Positions 58,181 through 64,000 of a stretch of DNA of 64,000 bases are shown piece by piece (positions within the stretch are counted from its first letter, which is position 1; every line of letters starts with the position of its first letter). The stretch is from NCBI GenBank assembly GCA_049515535.1, contig JBEKTZ010000003.1, positions 124,001-188,000 on the forward strand. The letters are read 5' to 3'. The stretch is from Candidatus Aminicenantales bacterium. GTDB lineage: Bacteria; Acidobacteriota; Aminicenantia; Aminicenantales; UBA4085. The position numbers were made by a program, and so were the translations under genes. The notes under the pieces were generated by a model. It had not been told where the DNA came from. It did no database searches and worked only from the letters and a program-made list of their open reading frames with translations.

Positions 58181-59054
58181 GGTGAACGTCCGCCCGCTGC
58201 GAAGTTTCGGGGATTACGAAGGCTGCGTCGAAATCCAACGCGAGGTCTGGGGCCATGCCGATCTCGACATCACCCCCGTCCATCAGTTCTGCATTTCCGT
58301 CCAGACGGGCGCCGTTCTCCTGGGGGCGTTCGTCGGAAAAAAGTTGGCCGGCTACGTCTATTCCTTCCCGGCCGCATTCGGCCGGAAACACTGTCAACAT
58401 TCGGACCATCTCGCCGTCCTTCCGGACTATCAGGGCTACGGCATCGGCAAGAAACTGAAACAAGCCCAACGGGAGGAAGCCTTGAGGGCCGGCTACGATC
58501 TCGTGACCTGGACCTATGACCCGATGCAGGCCCGCAACGCCAATCTCAATCTCCACACGCTCGGCGCCGTGGGCAAGACCTACCTCGACGATTTTTACGG
58601 ACGCACTCCGAGCCTGAGCCTCGATACCGGCGTTCCGACCGACCGGCTGCTCGTCGAATGGTGGATCAAATCGGCGCGGGTCCGCCGCAAAATGAACCGC
58701 AAAGACGAGCCGCCGGATACGGGCCGGTTCGCTGCGGCCGTCAAGGGACGAGCCTTCGCGGCAGAAGTGGAACCCCGGGCAAAGCCCGGGGCCCCGGCCG
58801 CCGTCGAGCGGAAGCCGGGCGGAAAATATCCGGACATCGCCCCGGCGCGGCCGATCCTGACTCTCAAAGGGCCGCACATCCTGGTCGAATTGCCGAAGAA
58901 CATTCGCGATCTCAAGCCGTTGCCCGGCGCGATCGGCCGCTGGCAAAAAGCCGTCCGAACGGCCCTCAAGCATTATTTTTCCCATGGCTACCGGCTCGAG
59001 GATTTCATCTTCGGCGAGCGGTGCTATTACGTCCTCAAGAAGTCGGGATCTTAA
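58173..59054 (+). CDS. GNAT family acetyltransferase carrying an in-frame family A insert
   Basis: YQGYGIGKKLK, WTYDP, NANLN and TDRLLVEW motifs. Confidence 0.85.
   Translation: MDKVNVRPLRSFGDYEGCVEIQREVWGHADLDITPVHQFCISVQTGAVLLGAFVGKKLAGYVYSFPAAFGRKHCQHSDHLAVLPDYQGYGIGKKLKQAQREEALRAGYDLVTWTYDPMQARNANLNLHTLGAVGKTYLDDFYGRTPSLSLDTGVPTDRLLVEWWIKSARVRRKMNRKDEPPDTGRFAAAVKGRAFAAEVEPRAKPGAPAAVERKPGGKYPDIAPARPILTLKGPHILVELPKNIRDLKPLPGAIGRWQKAVRTALKHYFSHGYRLEDFIFGERCYYVLKKSGS
58740..58805 (+). repeat. Family A element, short form, in frame inside the GNAT gene
   Basis: Encodes VKGRAFAAEVEPRAKPGAPAAV. Confidence 0.95.
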
Positions 59055-59109
59055 AAGCTCCGAGCCGCCCATCCGCCATCGCCCCCGGGATGAGACCTTT
59101 TGACCTAAC

Positions 59110-59343
59110 GTGAAACCGATATTCCCGGTCCTCTTCCCGAAGCTCCTCCCCGGCATGATGCCCAAAGTGATGCCGGCCATGCTGGAGCGCGTCGGGGCCA
59201 TGATCCCGATGCCGGATTACATGAAAGAGCAGATGCCCGCGCTCATGCCTAAGGTCATGGACAGCTTGATGCCCCACATGCTGCCGGACGTCGTGCCGCT
59301 GGTCGTGCCGAAGATGATCGCGTATCTGCGCGGCCGGGCGTAA
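59110..59343 (+). pseudogene. Met/Pro-rich 77-aa ORF, probably the C-terminal remnant of a larger gene
   Basis: Coding-like codon usage, repeated MPK/MPA/MPH units and no clear RBS. Confidence 0.5.
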
Positions 59344-59346
59344 TTT

Positions 59347-59533
59347 ATCGTTACATCTTCGTCCTGGCGGACGAAATGCAGCGCATGCGCTGCGCGCGGC
59401 GGAGCCGGACGTTCGGCGATCGGCGCGAGCGGACTGGGTCCTTCTGTCGCGGATCGTCGGCCAGCTGTTCCTCCGTTCGACGGAGCGGGCCGAGCGCATC
59501 TATGCGGCCATGTCCGCCCGGGGATGGAAATGA
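59347..59533 (+). pseudogene. cbiQ: ECF transporter T-component 3' remnant, frameshifted
   Basis: YRYIFVLADEMQRMRCARRSR, then a frameshift to IVGQLFLRSTERAERIYAAMSARGWK*. Confidence 0.8.
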
Positions 59534-60282
59534 CCAGGACCGCCGTCGAAGTGAAAAACCTCGGCTTCGCCTACGAAGACGGCCGCGTCGCCCTTCGCGA
59601 CGTCAGCCTGGCAATCGCCGAAGGGGAGACCGTGGGCTTGATCGGGCCCAACGGCGCGGGCAAGTCGACTCTGCTCCTGCACTTGAACGGGATCCTGCCG
59701 GAGGACGGCCGGGGCGGCACGTCGGTTTGGATTCACGGCCTGCCCGTGATCAAACCCAATCTGCCGGACATCCGGCGCGACGTCGGGCTGCTTTTCCAGG
59801 ACCCGGAGGACCAGCTGTTCTGCCCCACGGTCTTCGAGGACATTGCGTTCGGCCCGCGGCAGTTCGGTTCGGGGGAGGGGGACGTCGAGGGCATCGTCCG
59901 GGAGGCTTTGGCGAAAGTCGGGCTTTCGGGATTCGAGCGGCGTTCCCCCCATCACCTGAGCAGCGGAGAGAAACAGCGGGTCTGCCTGGCCGGCCTCCTG
60001 GCCTGCCGGCCGAGGGTCCTGGCCCTGGACGAACCGACGCGGGGTCTCGATCCCCGGGGAAAGCGGCTGCTGAAGACGCTGCTCCGGACGATCGAGGCCA
60101 CGAAAATCATCGCCACCCACGATTTGGAGCTCGTCGCCGAGCTGTGCACGCGGGCCGTGGTCATGGACGAGGGGACGGTCGTGGCCGACGGTCCGGCGCT
60201 GTCCATCCTCTCCGACGAAGACCTGATGCTCAAGCACGGACTCGAGAAGCCGCACATCCTGCGACATTCCCACCCGCATTGA
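59530..60282 (+). CDS. cbiO: ECF (Co/Ni) transporter ATPase
   Basis: GPNGAGKS, FQDPEDQLF, LSSGEKQR, LDEPT and His-rich tail HSHPH. Confidence 0.88.
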   Translation: MTRTAVEVKNLGFAYEDGRVALRDVSLAIAEGETVGLIGPNGAGKSTLLLHLNGILPEDGRGGTSVWIHGLPVIKPNLPDIRRDVGLLFQDPEDQLFCPTVFEDIAFGPRQFGSGEGDVEGIVREALAKVGLSGFERRSPHHLSSGEKQRVCLAGLLACRPRVLALDEPTRGLDPRGKRLLKTLLRTIEATKIIATHDLELVAELCTRAVVMDEGTVVADGPALSILSDEDLMLKHGLEKPHILRHSHPH

Positions 60283-60378
60283 CCCCGGCCGGCGCTCGAC
60301 CTCTCGATTTTAGTTTCTTGGTTTCCAAGTAAGACCTTCTGAAATACTGTTCTCCTATAGAAAAGACTATAGAAAGAC

Positions 60379-60407
60379 TTGACAAACGCTACTGTGCGTC
60401 ATACACT
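60379..60407 (+). promoter_or_regulatory. Sigma70-type promoter for the padR-like operon
   Basis: TTGACA-17 nt-TACACT. Confidence 0.7.
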
Positions 60408-60433
60408 ATACAACGCAATGTATAAGCGGAGAA

Positions 60434-60790
60434 GTGAGCGGCATGACCAACGATCAATTCGATAACCTCCGGCTCGAGCTGCGGCGAGGCTGCGTCCCCC
60501 TGGCTGCGCTGGCCGAGCTCCGTGTCGAACGCTACGGATACACCTTGCGCAAGGCCCTGGCGGAGAAGGGAATGGCTGTTGATGAGGGGACGCTCTATCC
60601 TCTTCTCCGGCGGCTGGAGAGCCAGGGTCTTCTGGTCAGCGATTGGCGGGAGGAGGACAAGCGTCCCAAGCGCTTCTACCGCCTGACCTCGGAGGGCCGG
60701 CGGATTTTCGATCAATTATCGGCCGAGTGGGAGTCGATCACGTCCTCACTGAAAGAAATCATGAAGGAGCCGCGCCATGGAACTCGTTGA
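60434..60790 (+). CDS. PadR family regulator
   Basis: ELRRG, YGY, EGTLYPLLRRLE and YRLTSEG motifs. Confidence 0.92.
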   Translation: MSGMTNDQFDNLRLELRRGCVPLAALAELRVERYGYTLRKALAEKGMAVDEGTLYPLLRRLESQGLLVSDWREEDKRPKRFYRLTSEGRRIFDQLSAEWESITSSLKEIMKEPRHGTR

Positions 60791-61850
60791 ACGCTATTTG
60801 AACGCCATCCGTTTCTGGCTGCCAAAAAACCAAAAGGCGGACGTCATCGCCGAGCTTGCGGAAGACATCCGTTCCCAGATCGAAGAACAGGAGTCCGAGC
60901 TTGGCCGGACCTTGAATGAGGAGGATCTTTCCTCCCTGCTCAAGCGGAGGGGGAGCCCGTTCTCGGTCGCCGGAAAATTCCTTGCCCCGCGCTACCTGAT
61001 CGGTCCGGCCTTGTTTCCCGTCTATGTGTTCGTCCTGAAGCTCGCGACCGGATTCTATCTCATTCCCTGGCTGGCCGTTTGGCTGGGCCTCGTGGCTTTT
61101 TCCCCGTCCTATCGGGCGGCTCATCCCGGATTCGCCCTCCTTGAGACCTTGGGCGGACTTTGGAATTCGGCGTTCATTACTTACGGGCTGATCACGCTCG
61201 GCTTCGCCGTGGGCGAGCGCGCCCGGGGCAAATCGGCGGCCCGCAACGATTGGGACCCCGGCCGCCTGCCGGCCGTCCGGGATGTCCTGAAGATCCCACG
61301 GTTTTCATCCGTGGCCGGCATCGTGGTCAATATCATTTTCCTGACATGGTGGATGGGAGGCTACCGCTTCCCGGCCGCGCTGGCCTCGGACGGCACCAAG
61401 CTCATCCTTTGGCCGGTCGCGCTCTGGGCTGATTTCCGAAGCCGGTTTCTTCTCCCCATCGCCGTCATCGTCCTGGCCGCGACGGCCCTGGCCGCGTTCA
61501 ACCTGATCCGGCCGTATTGGACTCGGCTGCGTCTGGGCGTGCGGGCGGCGCTTAACGCGGCTGCCGCGGCCGTCTCGATCGCCTTCCTTGGCGACCACTC
61601 CGCGGAGATTTGGGCGGCTTGGGAAAAGGTGAAGGACGGTGTCGCGGGCTTGTCCGGGGCCGAAAAGCTCCACGCCTGGGCCGGCCTTTCCGTGGCCATC
61701 ACATTGGCCTGCGTCGCGTTCGGATGTCTGCTGGCCGTCGTCCTCGGGCTCATCCGCATCGCCCGATGGGAGACCTTGCGCGCCCGGGCGGTTCCTGCCC
61801 CAATATATTCGGGGGACACTAACCATAACTCTTCGAGGAGGAATAATTAG
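60777..61850 (+). CDS. PadR-associated membrane protein
   Basis: N-terminal LVERYL..I...LP...DVIAEL helical domain, LIGP motif and several transmembrane segments. Confidence 0.75.
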   Translation: MELVERYLNAIRFWLPKNQKADVIAELAEDIRSQIEEQESELGRTLNEEDLSSLLKRRGSPFSVAGKFLAPRYLIGPALFPVYVFVLKLATGFYLIPWLAVWLGLVAFSPSYRAAHPGFALLETLGGLWNSAFITYGLITLGFAVGERARGKSAARNDWDPGRLPAVRDVLKIPRFSSVAGIVVNIIFLTWWMGGYRFPAALASDGTKLILWPVALWADFRSRFLLPIAVIVLAATALAAFNLIRPYWTRLRLGVRAALNAAAAAVSIAFLGDHSAEIWAAWEKVKDGVAGLSGAEKLHAWAGLSVAITLACVAFGCLLAVVLGLIRIARWETLRARAVPAPIYSGDTNHNSSRRNN

Positions 61851-61868
61851 GGTAAGTGTCCCCAGAAT
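61807..61868. repeat. Short REP-like inverted repeat element
   Basis: attcgggggacact / agtgtccccagaat, 14 bp with one mismatch. Confidence 0.6.
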
Positions 61869-62033
61869 TTACGCAGAAGCAAAGAAACTAGCTATTTTCG
61901 CCTATATTGAATCGAAATCAAGCGAAAAAAACGGACGCCGCTTTTTCGCTGAGGACGAAGTGATTTTGGTTATACCATAAGAAAAAATAAAACAGCAAAG
62001 GAAACCAATAACGTGCAGTCGCCACATACTACA

Positions 62034-63719
62034 TCATATAGGCCAAGCTTTAAGAGCCAACTTGGCGAGGTCAGCTTGCCTGCTACAAATGGCTTTCACG
62101 TTCCACTCAGATAAAGAAGCGACCTGTGCCGTTAATACATATCCATGAGTTCGGAAGATCGGCTGTTTTGTTGACCAGGATGCGCTCTTCAAATCGGAAT
62201 TGGGTTTATGTCCCAGCAGAACAAGGTTACCTATACGTTTGCTGTAAGTGTCGACTTCATCAGAAGTGAATTGAGGCCAATCTTTTTCCGGTTTCTTCGG
62301 CAAAATGTGCTCCAAAGTAACTATTTCCTTGTCATCGTTAACAATGAACAAAGGATCGGGGTCCTTCTTAGCAACCTTTTCTAACGCCCGTAGATAATAC
62401 CGCGCGAGGGGTCCGTCAGAGACCGTGGCAATCGCGAATGCTTGCCGAAATCTCTCATTAGTGGGGATAATATCATTCAGTTCCTTCTTTAACTCCAACG
62501 TAGTTGTAATTTTGCCGATAAAAATCTTGTTTGCGGCCTTCGCCAACGTCTCTTCAATAGTACCACTTCGAGTACTCGAAGCAATCAGCAACCTGACACC
62601 GAGTGAGATAAGCAGGCCAAACGCCTTAATCGTCTCTCGTGGCGAGAACTTGGCCGCAATTGAAAGCAACACCGGTCGAAAAGGATGGACGTTAAAGAAA
62701 TTCAGCGTCGCAATCGCTGGTCGCACTGCGTCCGGATAGAGAGCCCATTTCTCGTGGTCGCGGTAGAACGTGGAGACGTAGGCGACAGATAGACTCTCGG
62801 TCTTCTTAAGAAACCCAACAGCAGCCTGTGGCCCCTTCCCATTTCGCTGAACTGCATCGTAGACTTCGCCCTTCCTTAGGAATCCCTGAATGGCCATAAG
62901 TTCGTGGCGTAGGAAAGCCACGGTGATATCCTCTTTCTCTTCTTCCTGAAGAGCTTCCAGAGCTCCGCGCATCAATGCCCATGAGCTTTCAGCTTCTTGC
63001 AACCGGTCACCGGCCTGACTAAAGAGGTAGTTCTTAACAAGATCGGCCTGCGTGGTTTTAAGTCCTCGATCGTTTAACGTCTCAAACATTCTATATGCGT
63101 TTCCGCCTGATGGAACCTGAAGGAGGATGACGTCGGCCCGAGACTCTATAAAGTTTATCCACTTGTTCAATTCGTCGCCGTGTGCCTTCTTATCAAATCC
63201 GGCTACGATCTTGTTGATGTAATGGGACGCTTCTTTGAAAGCTGCCGCGATCAGTTTGTGCGACTTGAGCGCAGTTGGCATGGGGGAACTCTGATCGTCG
63301 CAAAGCATTGCCCTGAAGAACTCGTTGTCGGAATGGTTCAACGTCAGCCGCGGGACAATAGCCCGAAGGTTTCGATCGGTATAAAACAGGAAAGACTTTA
63401 AGTCGTCTGCGATTAAGGTGTCCTTGTCTACAAGATAACGGCGGATCTGACAAAGCAGAATTGAAATCGTGGCGAGACGCTGCTGGCCATCTATGACTTC
63501 GAACTTTCCGGATGGGCCGGGGATTGTAACAATTGTGCCAAGAAAATACCCCGGCTCATTATCGGAAATGGCCTTTGCCAAGTCTTGGAGAAGCGTTGTA
63601 ACTTCTAGGTCCGTCCAAGAGTAGTCTCTCTGGTGCGATGGTACCTGGAGGGTAAAGTCCTTGAGGATTTTGCCGATTCCGATTTGATCGACTTTAATCT
63701 GTGATTTTTGATTACTCAT
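62034..63719 (-). CDS. GmrSD-type (DUF262 + DUF1524/HNH) putative modification-dependent restriction endonuclease
   Basis: QRDYSW, DGQQR, FETLNDRG and EHILP...GNLVLL...N motifs. Visibly lower GC than the rest of the window. Confidence 0.88.
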   Translation of the reverse strand: MSNQKSQIKVDQIGIGKILKDFTLQVPSHQRDYSWTDLEVTTLLQDLAKAISDNEPGYFLGTIVTIPGPSGKFEVIDGQQRLATISILLCQIRRYLVDKDTLIADDLKSFLFYTDRNLRAIVPRLTLNHSDNEFFRAMLCDDQSSPMPTALKSHKLIAAAFKEASHYINKIVAGFDKKAHGDELNKWINFIESRADVILLQVPSGGNAYRMFETLNDRGLKTTQADLVKNYLFSQAGDRLQEAESSWALMRGALEALQEEEKEDITVAFLRHELMAIQGFLRKGEVYDAVQRNGKGPQAAVGFLKKTESLSVAYVSTFYRDHEKWALYPDAVRPAIATLNFFNVHPFRPVLLSIAAKFSPRETIKAFGLLISLGVRLLIASSTRSGTIEETLAKAANKIFIGKITTTLELKKELNDIIPTNERFRQAFAIATVSDGPLARYYLRALEKVAKKDPDPLFIVNDDKEIVTLEHILPKKPEKDWPQFTSDEVDTYSKRIGNLVLLGHKPNSDLKSASWSTKQPIFRTHGYVLTAQVASLSEWNVKAICSRQADLAKLALKAWPI

Positions 63720-64000
63720 TTGGTCCTTTGGGTATTGAATAAAACTGTTCGTCTAATGGATGGAGGAGCCATCGTAGACTTTTTTCGATCGTTAGGCCAA
63801 TTGAGAGGAGGATTTTCATAAAATAGTTCCTTCTTCACTTCAATTCAGACATACTTAAATGTTGGCTTAATATCATATGCTCACTTAGTTTATTCAATAA
63901 TATATTTAGGAACACCTTATAAACCCATACGGATCATTCATTAGGAAAACGATTTGTCGTTAATTTCTTCAAACGCGTTGAATCAACAAGTCTATTTAGC

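Noticed and set aside
11315..58805. Family A, B or C repeats as a CRISPR array
   Set aside because: The copies are dispersed kilobases apart, with no repeat-spacer periodicity and no cas genes.

Overview
A GC-rich bacterial chromosomal window of about 45 genes. Gene style (GWxTD proteins, BNR/SBBP propellers, TonB-type receptor) suggests an Acidobacteriota/Aminicenantia-like diderm, which is inference only. It holds a NuoE/HydC-like fragment, pta next to a truncated ackA and an IS256 remnant, an arabinose catabolic operon (MFS transporter, araB, araD, FucI-like isomerase), three arabinofuranosidases (2x GH127, GH51), an SPT/AONS-family enzyme with TetR, a PAS kinase plus HD-GYP regulator, metK, an ABC transporter, an envelope/glycosylation cluster (two GT-C-like paralogs, GT2, GT4, TolC), mtnA, tsaD, a broken ECF transporter and a lower-GC GmrSD-type gene. 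The main unexplained signal is three families of dispersed, modular, hairpin-rich repeats. Family A has six copies of 105 or 66 nt, differing by one exact 39-nt hairpin module. Three copies sit in frame inside apparently intact protein genes, in the same orientation and frame, adding the peptide VKGRA...AEVDPRAKPGAPSA. This resembles Rickettsia palindromic elements. No rRNA, tRNA or CRISPR array was seen.
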